Assembly (NCBI GenBank): GCA_965219955.1
Contig: OZ244799.1
Span: 2,496,001 to 2,560,000 of the forward strand
DNA from: a bacterium
GTDB taxonomy: Bacteria; UBA8248
DNA length: 64,000 nucleotides
Reading direction: 5' to 3'
Position numbers and translations under genes: made by a program. Numbering within the stretch: the first letter of the stretch is position 1; the number at the start of each line of letters is the position of its first letter. The notes under the pieces are model-generated. The model was not told where the DNA came from. It made no database searches and saw nothing but the letters and a program-made list of their open reading frames with translations. Of the stretch, positions 17,571 to 27,683 are shown one piece after another.

Positions 17571-18740
17571 CTACTCCAGCGCGCAGCCTTTGCGCTCCCG
17601 GCGCAGGCAGCCGAGGTTGCGGTGGAACACCGCCGCCTGCGCCCGCGCGAAGCCGGCCGGGCCCGCGCTGTTCTCCCGGCTGTTCCGGTACCGCGCCCAG
17701 TCGCCCTCGTTCCCCTCGCGCCAGTAGCCGCCCAGGATCTGCGCGGGCAGGGGCTTGAGTTCGGGCAGGGTGTTGTAGCGGGCCCCGGGCGGGCCGTCGC
17801 GGCCGGGCAACAGGCGGCGCTCGCCGAGGAAGCCGTGGAACGAGTAGAAGGCGTCGGAGCCGGGGAGGAAGGCGAGCTCGTAGTCGACGGTGCGGTCCGG
17901 GTCGGTGATGTCGTCCGCCGACATCATCGGCCGCGTGCCGAAACCCATCATGAAGGCCCTGGCGTCATGGTCCAGAAACCGCACCGCCCGGCGCGCCTTC
18001 CGTCCCGCAACGTGGGGGTAGAGCTCGTTCGAGCGGATGGCCACGTCGACCTCGAAGCGTCCGTCGGACCCGGGCTCCACCGACTCGCCGACCAGGTAGG
18101 TGCGCAGGTAGTTGTGCTGCTGCAGGGTCAAGGCGACGGGACGCCCATCCGCGGCCAGGACCACGAACGCGGCGGTGTAGTGGTCGAGCTGGTGCCAGTC
18201 GTCGAGGTCCGCCACCAGCCGGAGCGGGACCGCCGCGGCCAGGGGCAGCCCCGCCGGCAGGCCGCTCACCCGGAATACCAGATGGTAGGTGAGGACGGTG
18301 AATTCCCCGGCCGGCCGGTCCGCCTCCTCCGGCGCCCACAGGCCGGTGCGCTCCACCGTGGCGTAGACGAGGGGCCGGGGCTCGACTTCGCCCGGCACGT
18401 GCGTGAACTCGGCGCGGGCGTCGTCGCGGTAGCGGTTCAGGTCGCCGGCGGTGGGGCCGTCGATGCGAACGCCGTCGCCCGTTACCAGGTAGCCGTGGGC
18501 GATGTAGTCGCGGTAGAAGTCGATGGGGCCTTCGTGGCCGGCGGGCAGGTGGAAGCGCGGCGCGTGGCGGCGGGCCAGGGCCCGGTCGGCCGGACCGGCG
18601 GCGTCGGCTGGAGGGTTGGCCGCGAAATACGCGGCGAACCCGGGGCGCTGCGAGAAGTTGCCGTCCGCGGCGGCAGGGCCGGCCCATGCGCAGATCAGCA
18701 CGAGCCCCGCGAGACAGCCGATTATCTGCACGTAACGCAT
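17571..18740 (-). CDS. Secreted hypothetical protein
   Basis: Signal peptide MRYVQII...PAAA; strong GC3 codon bias; no family recognised. Confidence 0.75.
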   Translation of the reverse strand: MRYVQIIGCLAGLVLICAWAGPAAADGNFSQRPGFAAYFAANPPADAAGPADRALARRHAPRFHLPAGHEGPIDFYRDYIAHGYLVTGDGVRIDGPTAGDLNRYRDDARAEFTHVPGEVEPRPLVYATVERTGLWAPEEADRPAGEFTVLTYHLVFRVSGLPAGLPLAAAVPLRLVADLDDWHQLDHYTAAFVVLAADGRPVALTLQQHNYLRTYLVGESVEPGSDGRFEVDVAIRSNELYPHVAGRKARRAVRFLDHDARAFMMGFGTRPMMSADDITDPDRTVDYELAFLPGSDAFYSFHGFLGERRLLPGRDGPPGARYNTLPELKPLPAQILGGYWREGNEGDWARYRNSRENSAGPAGFARAQAAVFHRNLGCLRRERKGCALE

Positions 18741-18805
18741 CACATCACCGCGGAATGCCTGTGAACCCTGGTTTTCGGCCCTCTTGTGCGCGTTTCCAAT
18801 CCCCC

Positions 18806-21178
18806 CTACCCCAAAACCTCCCGACACGCCGCTTCGATGTGCGCTTGTCCGATTTGTAAGGCGTCGTAGACCTCGTGCGGGAGGCCGCTCTGGCCGAACT
18901 GGTCGGTGCCCAGGCATCTCTGGTCGGCGCCCAGCGCGCCGCCTAAGAATGAGAGCGCGAGCGAGTGGCCATCCAGCACGGAGACGATCGGGTTGTCGCG
19001 GTGGTCATCGCCCACCATCATCTCGAGGCGCGAGGGGCGGCCCGCTTTTTTCGCCTTCTTGTGCTCCGCGTAAATCCTGTCCGCGCTCGTGAGGACGAAG
19101 ACGTTCGCGTATACCCCCTCCGCCGCAAGCGTATGGGCGGCGGCGAGGGCCTCTGGCGTCATCACCCCGCTCACGAAGAGGTTCACCGCGTTCACACCCG
19201 CGCGGTAGCCGGGCGCTTCTTTCGCCGAGTGCAGCAGGTAGCCGCCGCCCAGGACGTTATTCCTCAATACCTCGCGCTTCAGTGGGTCCCCGAGCCACTC
19301 GGCAGGCAGGAGGTTCTGATCCACCTGCTTCGTGCTCAGGCGCAGGTAGAACGCCGGGCAATCGCCCTCCCCGAGAACGCGGCCGATAGCCGAGAGGAGC
19401 AGCCACTCGACCTCGACGGCGAAGGTCGGCTCATAAGCCTCCAGCCCCGGCATCTCCAGGGAGATGGCGGGCGTCAGGATGCTCTGGTGCGCGCCGCCCT
19501 CAGGCGAGAGGCTCGTGCCGCTCGGCGTCGCCACCACGATGAAGCGCCCGCCGTTATAGACCGCGTAGCGGAGCGCGTCCAGACAGCGGCTGATGAAGGT
19601 GTCGTACACCGTGCCGATGGGGCAGACGCGCACCCCGCAAAGCTCCTTCGATACGCCGAACGCGGCGAGCAGGAGCATGAGGTTGTTCTCGGAAATCCCC
19701 AGTTCGATGTGCCGGCCCGCAGGCGATTCCTCCCATTTGAGGAGCCGCTGCACCTGCTGGAGCGCGAAGAAATCCGCCTTGCCCTCGGGGTGATAGACGC
19801 CGCGCCGGTTGATCCAGCCGCCCAGGTTCGTGCTCACCGCCACGTCGGGCGATGTGGTGACGATGTGCCGCGCGAGCGCGTCCTCCCGCGCCAGGTTCGT
19901 CATGATGGCGCCGAACGCCTCCTGCGTGGAAGTCCTGGAGGCGAAGTTCGCCCCCACCTCCTCGGGTACGGGCTCGGGGGTTATCTCTTCTCTTGCGAGA
20001 GTGGCCCGCGCGTCGTAGCGCGCCACCGCTCGCTCGACCGCGCGGGCCTCGCTGCTATCCGCCGAGAGGGGCGCCAGTTCCTCGCCCTCGCCCAGGCCCG
20101 CGGAATCGCGCAGTTCGGCGATTTGCGCATCCGTCAGCAGTTGGGAGTGGTTCATCGGGTCGCCCGCGATGGGAAGCCCCCAGCCCTTGATGGTGTAGGC
20201 GAGGATCATCACGGGCTTGTCGCGAACGCCGTCCGCCTCCTCCAGCGCCTCCAGGATGCACTCGATGTCGTGGCCGCCCAGGTCAGACAGGAGCGCGGGC
20301 AGTTCCTCGTCCGGGTAGCGATCCAGAAGGCCCGCCAGACCCTCGTATTCGCCCGCCTCACCGCGCGTTAAGCCCTCTCTTATCTCGCGCCCGCTTCTGC
20401 CGATCAACATCTGGTATTCGCCGTTCGACATGTCGTCGATGCGCCGCCTCAGCGACTCGCCGTTTCTGAGCGCGAACGCGGCCTGGAGGCGCTTTCCGTA
20501 CTTGAGCTCCACCACGTGCCAGCCGTGCAGGCGGAACTGGTCGCGAATCTGCTGCGCCTTGCCGTCAGGCACGACGCGGTCCAGGCTCTGTCGGTTCAGG
20601 TCCACCACCCAGATGACGTTGCCCAGGTGCGCCACGTATTCCTCGGCCAGCGCCTCCCAGATGTTCCCCTCGTCGAGCTCCGCGTCCCCCACCAGGGAGA
20701 TGAAGCGCTGCGGCGGGCCCGCGCCGAAGTGATCGTCGATGTAGGACTGCATGAGCGCGGCGAACGAGGCGGCGACCGAGGGCAGCCCGAGCGAGCCGGT
20801 GGAGAAATCGACGGGGTATTCATCCTTGGAACGGCTGGGATACGCCTGCAGGCCGCCGAAGGCGCGGAGATCCCGCAGGCGCTCCATCGGCAAATCGCCC
20901 CGGAGCGCGTGGGCCGCGTGCAGCACGGGCGAGGCGTGGGGCTTTATCGCCAGCCTGTCGCCCGTCTTGAGCCAGCGGAAGAACATGGCCGTCATCAGGC
21001 TCACGACGGATGAGGAACTCGCCTGGTGTCCGCCTATCTTGATGTTCTCCGAACCCGCGCGCAGGTTGTTCGCGTAGTGGACGCTGTAGGTGGAGAGCCA
21101 CAGGAGGCGCTTCTCGATAAGCCGCAGAATATCGGCCTCGTCCTGCTCGATGGCGTTCGTCTCTGGCGGAGGGTTCAC
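18806..21178 (-). CDS. aceE: Pyruvate dehydrogenase E1 (AceE-like), TPP-dependent
   Basis: GGHQASS, GLQAYPS, FSTGSLGLP, GDAELDEG..WVVDLNRQSLD, EGGAHQS, FGQSG. Confidence 0.8.
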   Translation of the reverse strand: MNPPPETNAIEQDEADILRLIEKRLLWLSTYSVHYANNLRAGSENIKIGGHQASSSSVVSLMTAMFFRWLKTGDRLAIKPHASPVLHAAHALRGDLPMERLRDLRAFGGLQAYPSRSKDEYPVDFSTGSLGLPSVAASFAALMQSYIDDHFGAGPPQRFISLVGDAELDEGNIWEALAEEYVAHLGNVIWVVDLNRQSLDRVVPDGKAQQIRDQFRLHGWHVVELKYGKRLQAAFALRNGESLRRRIDDMSNGEYQMLIGRSGREIREGLTRGEAGEYEGLAGLLDRYPDEELPALLSDLGGHDIECILEALEEADGVRDKPVMILAYTIKGWGLPIAGDPMNHSQLLTDAQIAELRDSAGLGEGEELAPLSADSSEARAVERAVARYDARATLAREEITPEPVPEEVGANFASRTSTQEAFGAIMTNLAREDALARHIVTTSPDVAVSTNLGGWINRRGVYHPEGKADFFALQQVQRLLKWEESPAGRHIELGISENNLMLLLAAFGVSKELCGVRVCPIGTVYDTFISRCLDALRYAVYNGGRFIVVATPSGTSLSPEGGAHQSILTPAISLEMPGLEAYEPTFAVEVEWLLLSAIGRVLGEGDCPAFYLRLSTKQVDQNLLPAEWLGDPLKREVLRNNVLGGGYLLHSAKEAPGYRAGVNAVNLFVSGVMTPEALAAAHTLAAEGVYANVFVLTSADRIYAEHKKAKKAGRPSRLEMMVGDDHRDNPIVSVLDGHSLALSFLGGALGADQRCLGTDQFGQSGLPHEVYDALQIGQAHIEAACREVLG

Positions 21179-21213
21179 GCCCGTCCCTCCCTCGGGAGTG
21201 CGGGGTGTCGGAA

Positions 21214-21921
21214 CTACTCGCGCACCCCGGTGTGAAGCTCGGCGATGCCGCCCGTCATCGGGCGATGGCTCACCTCGCGAAAGCCCGCATCGCGCATCAT
21301 CGCCGAGAGCCTATCGGCTTCGGGAAATTCATAAACCGTGTTTGGGAGGTAATTATACGCGCTTCGGTGCGCGGAGACGAGCCGCCCCACCACCGGGAGC
21401 AGCACCCGGAAGTAAAAGGCGTACAAGAGCCCGAAGAGGCCCTTAGGGTGGCCGAATTCCAGCACCACGAGCCTGCCGCCCTCTTTCAAGACGCGCCCCA
21501 TCTCGGCCAGGCCCGCCTCGCGATCCTCGAAATTGCGCAGGCCGAACGCGATGATCACCCCGTCGAACGCGGTATCCGGAAAAGGGAGACTCAAGCCGTC
21601 TCCCTGTATCAGCGAAAGCGGAGCGCCCTGCTTCTCCGCCTTCGTCTTTCCGCGCGCGAGCATGGGATACGCGAAATCAACGCCGACGATGCGCGCGCTG
21701 CTATCGGCTTGGGCGTGCGCTTCCAGAGCCACGTCCGCCGTGCCCGTCGCCAGGTCGAGGAAGCGGGCTTTTCCTTTGAAATCGCCAAGAAGGCTCGCCA
21801 CGGCGCGCTTGCGCCAGAGGCGGTCCACGCCGAAACTTAAGGTTCGGTTTAAGAGGTCGTAGGTGGGCGCGATGTCCGAGAACATCGCCTGTACATCTTT
21901 TTTCTCGACCCGGGTCGGCAC
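21214..21921 (-). CDS. ubiE: Demethylmenaquinone methyltransferase UbiE/MenG
   Basis: MFSDIAPTYDLLN, LDLATGTAD, AFGLRN, RVLKEGG; start re-called at GTG21921. Confidence 0.9.
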   Translation of the reverse strand: MPTRVEKKDVQAMFSDIAPTYDLLNRTLSFGVDRLWRKRAVASLLGDFKGKARFLDLATGTADVALEAHAQADSSARIVGVDFAYPMLARGKTKAEKQGAPLSLIQGDGLSLPFPDTAFDGVIIAFGLRNFEDREAGLAEMGRVLKEGGRLVVLEFGHPKGLFGLLYAFYFRVLLPVVGRLVSAHRSAYNYLPNTVYEFPEADRLSAMMRDAGFREVSHRPMTGGIAELHTGVRE

Positions 21922-21929
21922 GCGCGCGC

Positions 21930-22790
21930 TCAGCCCGCGCCGATGAGCACGTCGGCGACCGCGCCCGTTGCGATGACCACGGACACCCAGGCGTTCAAGT
22001 TGAAGAAGGATATATCCACGCGGCTCAGGTCGTCCGGCCGCACGATCCAGTGCTCCCAGAAGAGGAGACACCCCGCCGCCGCGAGCGCCAGCCAGTAAAG
22101 CGCGCCCAGGCCGAACGCATAGCCCGCGGCGAAGAAACAGGCCATCGTCCCCAGGTGGGCTACGCCTGAGACGATGAGCGCGCCCTTGACTCCTAAAAGA
22201 CGCGGCAGGGAGTGGATGTCCTCCTCGCCGTCGAAATCCACGTCCAGACAGGCGTATATCAGGTCGAAGCCACCCACCCATAGGGTGACGCCCAAGAACA
22301 GCAATACGGGCACGAAGCCGAGGTCGCCGCGCACGGCCACCCAGGCGCCCGCGGGCGCGCAGCCCAGGACGAAGCCCAGGAACAGGTGCGTCCAGGAGGT
22401 GAAGCGCTTGGAATAGCTGTAGAGGACGATGCACGCCGCCACGGCGAAGGAAAGCGCGAACGCGAGCGGATTCAGCATCCAGGCCGAGAGGAGAAAGAGC
22501 GCCAGGAAGCCCGCCAGCATCGCGAGGATGGATTTGGAATGCAGCAGCGCCTGGAACTCGGCGCGGTCTTTCGTCCTCGGGTTCCTGGGGTCGATGTCCC
22601 TGTCGGCGAAGCGGTTGAGCGACATGGCGAAGTTCCGCGCGCCCACCGCCGCCATGACCATCCAGAACAGGACCCAGGCGGAAGGAACCCCGCCGGCCGC
22701 CATCACGCCGCCCATGAGAACGAAGGGGAGGCCGAAGACGGTGTGCTCGAACTTCACCATGCGCAGGAACTGTTTGAAGCTCGCGCTCAT
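21930..22790 (-). CDS. ubiA: UbiA-family prenyltransferase (futalosine-pathway MqnP type)
   Basis: KFEHTVFGLPF, NRFADRDID..NPRT, YSYSKRFT, GFDLIYACLD. Confidence 0.88.
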   Translation of the reverse strand: MSASFKQFLRMVKFEHTVFGLPFVLMGGVMAAGGVPSAWVLFWMVMAAVGARNFAMSLNRFADRDIDPRNPRTKDRAEFQALLHSKSILAMLAGFLALFLLSAWMLNPLAFALSFAVAACIVLYSYSKRFTSWTHLFLGFVLGCAPAGAWVAVRGDLGFVPVLLFLGVTLWVGGFDLIYACLDVDFDGEEDIHSLPRLLGVKGALIVSGVAHLGTMACFFAAGYAFGLGALYWLALAAAGCLLFWEHWIVRPDDLSRVDISFFNLNAWVSVVIATGAVADVLIGAG

Positions 22791-22797
22791 CGACGCC

Positions 22798-24261
22798 TCA
22801 GCCGCCAAGGCCGTACTCCTCCCAGCGCCTCGTGACGCGCTCCTTGATCTCGTCGGTCATCACGATCTCGGGCGGCCATTCGCGCTCGAAACCCTCGGAC
22901 GCCCACTTGCGGGTGCCGTCCACGCCCACCTTGCTGCCCACGTGCAGGCGCGGGGCGGCGTGTTCGAGCGCGTCCACGGGGCCGTCGACGAACACCATGT
23001 CGCGCCTCGGGTCGATGCTGCCGAGCACCTTCCAGGAGACCTCGCTGATGTCGTGCACGTTCACGTCCTCATCCACGATGACGATGACCTTCGCCAGCGC
23101 CATCTGGCCCATCCCCCACAGGGCGTACATGACCTTCCGCGCGTGGTAGGGATAGGACTTGCGGATGGAGACGATCACCATGTTGTGGAACACGCCCTCG
23201 GCGGGCATGTGCACGTCCACGATCTCGGGGAGCTGCATTTTCATGAGCGGCAGGAAGATGCGCCCCGTCGCCCCGCCTAACCAGTAGTCCTCCATCGGGG
23301 GCCTGCCCACGATGGTGGTGGGGTAGATGGCCTCACGCTTCCTCGTGATGGCCGTGACGTGAAAGACGGGGTAATCGTCCGCCAGGGAATACCAGCCCGT
23401 GTGATCGCCGAAGGGCCCCTCCTCCCTCAACTCGCCCGGGTTCAGGTAGCCCTCCACCACGATGTCCGAATCCGCGGGCACCTCCACGTCCACCGTCTTG
23501 CACTTGACGAGCTCGGCGCTCTTCCGTCTTAAAAAACCGGCGAGGTTCAACTCGTCTATCGCGGGCGGGAGCGGCGCGCTCGCCGCGTAGACGTAGACGG
23601 GGTCGCCGCCCAGGGCGATGGCCATCTCCATGCGCGCGCCCATCTTGGTGCTGTCCTGAAAGTTCTGCGCCCCGTCGTGGTGTAAGTGCATGTGCATGCC
23701 GGCTGTCTTCTCGTCGAAGAACTGCACGCGGTAGAGGCCCACGTTCCTGCGGCCCGTCCGGGGGTTTCGCGAGTAGATGTGCCCGAAGGTGATGTAGCGT
23801 CCCGCGTCCTCGGGCCAGCACTTGATGGCGGGAATCGAGAAGAGGTTCGGGTTTTCGGTCTCGACGATCTCCTGGCACGGCGCCGAGCTCACCGACTTGG
23901 GCGAGAAAGACGCGAGCCGCGCGAGCTTGGGCAGCATCTTCACCTTCTCGATGATGCCCTCGGGCGGCTTGATCTCCAGAAGCTCGGCCACCTCGTCCGC
24001 CACCGCGTCCATGCTGTCGACGCCGAGGGCCAGCTTCATCCGAAGGTCCGAGGCGTAGGCGTTGATGAGGACGGGTATGTCGTATTCCTCGCCGCCTGGG
24101 GCGACAGGCTTTTCGAACAACAGGGCGGGGCCGCCGCTCTTCACCGAGCGGTCGGCGATCTCGGTGATTTCGAGCTCGATATCCACCGGGACCCTGACGC
24201 GGCGCAACTCACCCGCGCGCTCCAGGGAATCGACGAATTCTTTAAGGGAGGCGTACGCCAT
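22798..24261 (-). CDS. ubiD: UbiD-family decarboxylase (menaquinone MqnL type)
   Basis: GGPALLFE, RNVGLYR, EGPFGDHTG, GRPPMED, GPVDALEH, IDP.RD. Confidence 0.92.
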   Translation of the reverse strand: MAYASLKEFVDSLERAGELRRVRVPVDIELEITEIADRSVKSGGPALLFEKPVAPGGEEYDIPVLINAYASDLRMKLALGVDSMDAVADEVAELLEIKPPEGIIEKVKMLPKLARLASFSPKSVSSAPCQEIVETENPNLFSIPAIKCWPEDAGRYITFGHIYSRNPRTGRRNVGLYRVQFFDEKTAGMHMHLHHDGAQNFQDSTKMGARMEMAIALGGDPVYVYAASAPLPPAIDELNLAGFLRRKSAELVKCKTVDVEVPADSDIVVEGYLNPGELREEGPFGDHTGWYSLADDYPVFHVTAITRKREAIYPTTIVGRPPMEDYWLGGATGRIFLPLMKMQLPEIVDVHMPAEGVFHNMVIVSIRKSYPYHARKVMYALWGMGQMALAKVIVIVDEDVNVHDISEVSWKVLGSIDPRRDMVFVDGPVDALEHAAPRLHVGSKVGVDGTRKWASEGFEREWPPEIVMTDEIKERVTRRWEEYGLGG

Positions 24262-24276
24262 GATTTTCGGGGAAAA

Positions 24277-24561
24277 CTATTCGATGACCTTGGGAACGCG
24301 GAAATGGCCCTTTGCGAAATCGGGCGCCATCTTTTCCATGTTCTCGATGGGGGAGTCGGTGACCGCATCCTCGCGGAACACGTTCACGATGTCGAGGACG
24401 TGCGAGGTGGGCGCCACGCCTTCGGTGTCCACCTCGTTCAGCTTGGCGATGTGCTCCAGAATCGCGCCGAGCTGCCCAGTGAATTTCTCGATCTCATCCT
24501 CGCTGAGGTTCAGCCGCGCCAGCCTGGAAACGTGAACCACGTCTTCGCGTGAAATGGACAT
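24277..24561 (-). CDS. gatC: Asp/Glu-tRNA amidotransferase subunit C
   Basis: ISREDVVHVSRLARL...LNEVDTEGVAPT...NVFRED...FRVPKVIE. Confidence 0.93.
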   Translation of the reverse strand: MSISREDVVHVSRLARLNLSEDEIEKFTGQLGAILEHIAKLNEVDTEGVAPTSHVLDIVNVFREDAVTDSPIENMEKMAPDFAKGHFRVPKVIE

Positions 24562-24580
24562 CTCTTCCCCCTTTGCGCCC

Positions 24581-26890
24581 TTATACCGCCCGGTTCTCGC
24601 CCGCGTCAACGCCCTCATCCGCAGGCGAGAGCGGCGCGTACTTCAGGACCAGCTTCCTGGGGCCCGCGTTCTCGAACTCCACGCTCACCGTCGTGCGGTC
24701 TCCGGTTCCCTCGCGCTTGCGGATGACGCCCAGGCCGAATTTCTTGTGCCTGACGCGCGCGCCGGGCGCAAACGGGCCGAGCGCAGCGGCGGGTACGGCG
24801 GGCGGGCTCTTCTCTTTCCGGGGAGGAGTCGCTTTCGCCTCCGCCAGAATGTCGGCGTAGCGCGAGTCCCCGGAATCGCGCGGCGCCTTGAAACCGCGCG
24901 GGGCGCGCCTTTGCGCCTGCGTATGATCACCCACGCGCTTTATGAATTCAGGCCCCAATCCTTCCATGAAGCGGCTCGGGCGCGCCGCCCAGCTTTCCTT
25001 CGCCCCGTCGGGCCGCCGCTCCTTCGCCCAGGAGAGGCTTAAAAACTCCTTCGCCCGCGTGACGCCCACGTAGAGAAGCCTCCTCTCCTCATCCATCGCG
25101 GCGGGCTCGTCCCGTGAACGGCTGTGCGGGATCAACCCCTCCTGCACGCCGGCGATGCCAACGGCGGCGAACTCCAGGCCCTTGGCCGCATGAAGCGTCA
25201 TCAGGGAGAGCGCCCCGCTCTCACCGGACATCTCATCCGCCTCGCCCATGAGCGCCAACTCCTCCAGGAACAGGCTCTTGGCCTCGTCCGATTCGGGCGA
25301 GAGGCCCTCCTCTTCGGCGATCCGCTCCTCGAACGCGCGGGCGGCGGCGACGAACTCTTGAGCACCCTCCAGCGCCCTGGCGGCGGCGCGGCGGCGCTCA
25401 GGCGACGTGCTCCTTTGCACTGCGCTCTCCAGCCAGGCGCGGTAGCGCGTCCGCTCGAGAATCTCTTCGATCAGGCGCGCGGGTCCCGCCTGCAGCGAAG
25501 CGAGGGACTCCAGCGTCTTCAGCAAGTCCGCAAGCATTTGCGCGGCGTTTCCCCGGAGGCGGCCCCGGGTCAGGGCGTCTTTCGCAGATGCGGTCGTGAC
25601 GCCCTGCGCGTCTTCGCCCGCTATCGCCTTCAAGCGCTCCGGCCCCAGCCCCCGGGGCGGGCGGTTGACGACCCGCGAGAAGGCCTGCCCGTCCCCGGGC
25701 CGGATGAGCAGCCTCAAGTAGGCCGCCAGATCCTGGACTTCGGCGCGGTCGAAAAACCGCTGGCCCTTCACCACCTGGTAGGGAATCCCCCGCCTGCGGG
25801 CCGCCTCCTCCAGGGGGCGGGACTGCGTGTTGATACGGTAGAAGACGGCGACATCTTTCCAGGGTATCGCATCGCCCGCTCCCGCTTCGATTAAGCGCGT
25901 GATGACGGCTTCGGCCTCTTCTTCGGGGTTCGCCGCCGCCAGATAGCAGACGGCCTCTCCCGCCGCCTTGCGCGTGAACAGGCGCTTCTCGTGCCGCGCG
26001 CAGGCCCCGCCCATGATGCGCGAGGCGAGGCCTAAAATCGCGCCGCTCGATCGGTAGTTCTCCTCCAGGCGGAACACCCTGGCGCCTGCGAACCTGCGCT
26101 CGAAATCGAGAATGTTCTCCACCCGCGCGCCGCGCCAGCCGTAGATGCCCTGATCGTCATCCCCGACGGCGAACACGCGCCCGTGAGCGCGCGAGAGCAG
26201 GGCCACGAGTCCGTCCTGCACCGGGTTGGTGTCCTGGTATTCATCGACGAGTATTTCCTCGAAACGCTCCTGGTATTTCTGGAGAACATCTGGATGCCGC
26301 TTGAACATGCTCAGGGGGCGCGCCAGCAGGTCGTCGAAATCCACCGCGCCCGCCTCGCGCAGGGCGCGCTCATACGCCGGCGCTATTTTCCGGGCCGCCG
26401 CGTCGATGCTGAAGGGGGCCGGATCGGCATCCCCCGTCTCGCCGAGCGAGGTCTTCCGGCGGCCTATCTGCTCCAGAACCGCCCGGGGCGCGTAGCGCTC
26501 CTCGCTGATATTCGCCGCCGCCAGACACCGTTTTACGAGTGTCATGCACTCACTGCGCGAGAAGATAGAGAAATTGGACGATAAGCCCGCCGCCTCGGCT
26601 TCTGCTCTTAAGATTCTGGCGCAAACGGCGTGAAAGGTGCCCACCCAGATGCCCCGCGCGCCATCTTCCAGCGAGGCGAACAAGCGCTCTTTCATCTCGC
26701 CCGCCGCCTTGTTCGTGAACGTGATGGCGAGAATCCGGCCTGGGGCAAGACCCTCGTCGAGCAGGCGCAGGATGCGGTGGACGATCACCCGCGTCTTGCC
26801 CGAACCCGCGCCCGCCAGCACCAGGTTCGCGCCCGGCGGCGCGAGCACCGCCTCTTTCTGCTGGGGGTTCAAGTCTTTCAGATAGTCCAC
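24581..26890 (-). CDS. pcrA: UvrD/PcrA ATP-dependent DNA helicase
   Basis: LNPQQ, AGAGSGKT, TFTNKAA, VDEYQD, LEENYRS, TLHAAKGLEF, EERRLLYVGVTRA, C-terminal Tudor-like domain. Confidence 0.9.
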   Translation of the reverse strand: MDYLKDLNPQQKEAVLAPPGANLVLAGAGSGKTRVIVHRILRLLDEGLAPGRILAITFTNKAAGEMKERLFASLEDGARGIWVGTFHAVCARILRAEAEAAGLSSNFSIFSRSECMTLVKRCLAAANISEERYAPRAVLEQIGRRKTSLGETGDADPAPFSIDAAARKIAPAYERALREAGAVDFDDLLARPLSMFKRHPDVLQKYQERFEEILVDEYQDTNPVQDGLVALLSRAHGRVFAVGDDDQGIYGWRGARVENILDFERRFAGARVFRLEENYRSSGAILGLASRIMGGACARHEKRLFTRKAAGEAVCYLAAANPEEEAEAVITRLIEAGAGDAIPWKDVAVFYRINTQSRPLEEAARRRGIPYQVVKGQRFFDRAEVQDLAAYLRLLIRPGDGQAFSRVVNRPPRGLGPERLKAIAGEDAQGVTTASAKDALTRGRLRGNAAQMLADLLKTLESLASLQAGPARLIEEILERTRYRAWLESAVQRSTSPERRRAAARALEGAQEFVAAARAFEERIAEEEGLSPESDEAKSLFLEELALMGEADEMSGESGALSLMTLHAAKGLEFAAVGIAGVQEGLIPHSRSRDEPAAMDEERRLLYVGVTRAKEFLSLSWAKERRPDGAKESWAARPSRFMEGLGPEFIKRVGDHTQAQRRAPRGFKAPRDSGDSRYADILAEAKATPPRKEKSPPAVPAAALGPFAPGARVRHKKFGLGVIRKREGTGDRTTVSVEFENAGPRKLVLKYAPLSPADEGVDAGENRAV

Positions 26891-26906
26891 GGGAATTTAT
26901 TCCGGA

Positions 26907-27683
26907 TCAGAACCGGCGGCGGCCCACGCTCGATTTGGGAGCGCGGATGAGCGTCCGCTCGGGGTAGACTCCCTTGGAGACGGTCGCGTTGGGCGCGACC
27001 CAGGAGCCGGGGCCGAGCATCACGCCCGGAGACGTCACGACGTTGCACCCGATCTCTGCGTCATCGCCGACCACGGCGCCGAATTTCGTGAGGCCTGTGT
27101 CGATGCGCTCTCCCTCGGCGCGCAGGACGATGTTCTTCACCGCGTCCGCTTTTTTTTCTTCTTCCGTCCTGAGTTCCAGGTTCGCCAGCTTCGCGCCCGC
27201 CCCCAGGTTGGCATCCGCCCCGAGGATGCTGTCTCCCACGTAGGCGAAATGCCCCGCCTGCGCGCCGTTCAAAAAGACGCTGTTCTTGACTTCGGTCGCA
27301 TGGCCCACGACGGCATCCGGCCCGATCAGGCAGCCGCCCCGCAGATACGCCCCGTGCCGCACTTCCGCGCCCGCGCAAAGCACCGTCGGCCCCTTGATGA
27401 CGCATCCAGGCTCCACCCGCGCGCCCGCCTCGATGAGCAGGCCGACGGAGGCGATCTTGAGATTTTCTTCCAGTGCGAGCAGGCCCTCGCTCACGACTAG
27501 GCCCTCCTCCACCCGAAGCGCTGCGGCCTCGGCCAAAGGCGCATCCGCCTCGTCCACCAGTCTCCGGGTGAAATCATCCAGCAGGCCGACGGCCTCCCAG
27601 ACGTGGGCCGCGCCTTCGAACAAAGCGGCGTGGGGAAACTCGCCGATCCCTCGGAAATAGGTTTGAGTCGCAGTCGCGCTCAT
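26907..27683 (-). CDS. Left-handed beta-helix acyltransferase (GlmU C-terminal-like, standalone)
   Basis: VRHGAYLRG, VGHATEVKNS, HFAYVGDSILG, KFGAVVGD..IGCN. Confidence 0.8.
   Translation of the reverse strand: MSATATQTYFRGIGEFPHAALFEGAAHVWEAVGLLDDFTRRLVDEADAPLAEAAALRVEEGLVVSEGLLALEENLKIASVGLLIEAGARVEPGCVIKGPTVLCAGAEVRHGAYLRGGCLIGPDAVVGHATEVKNSVFLNGAQAGHFAYVGDSILGADANLGAGAKLANLELRTEEEKKADAVKNIVLRAEGERIDTGLTKFGAVVGDDAEIGCNVVTSPGVMLGPGSWVAPNATVSKGVYPERTLIRAPKSSVGRRRF

Noticed and set aside
16192-18909. Diversity-generating retroelement TR/VR pair
   Set aside because: Differences are not confined to adenines, many are synonymous, and no reverse transcriptase is in the window
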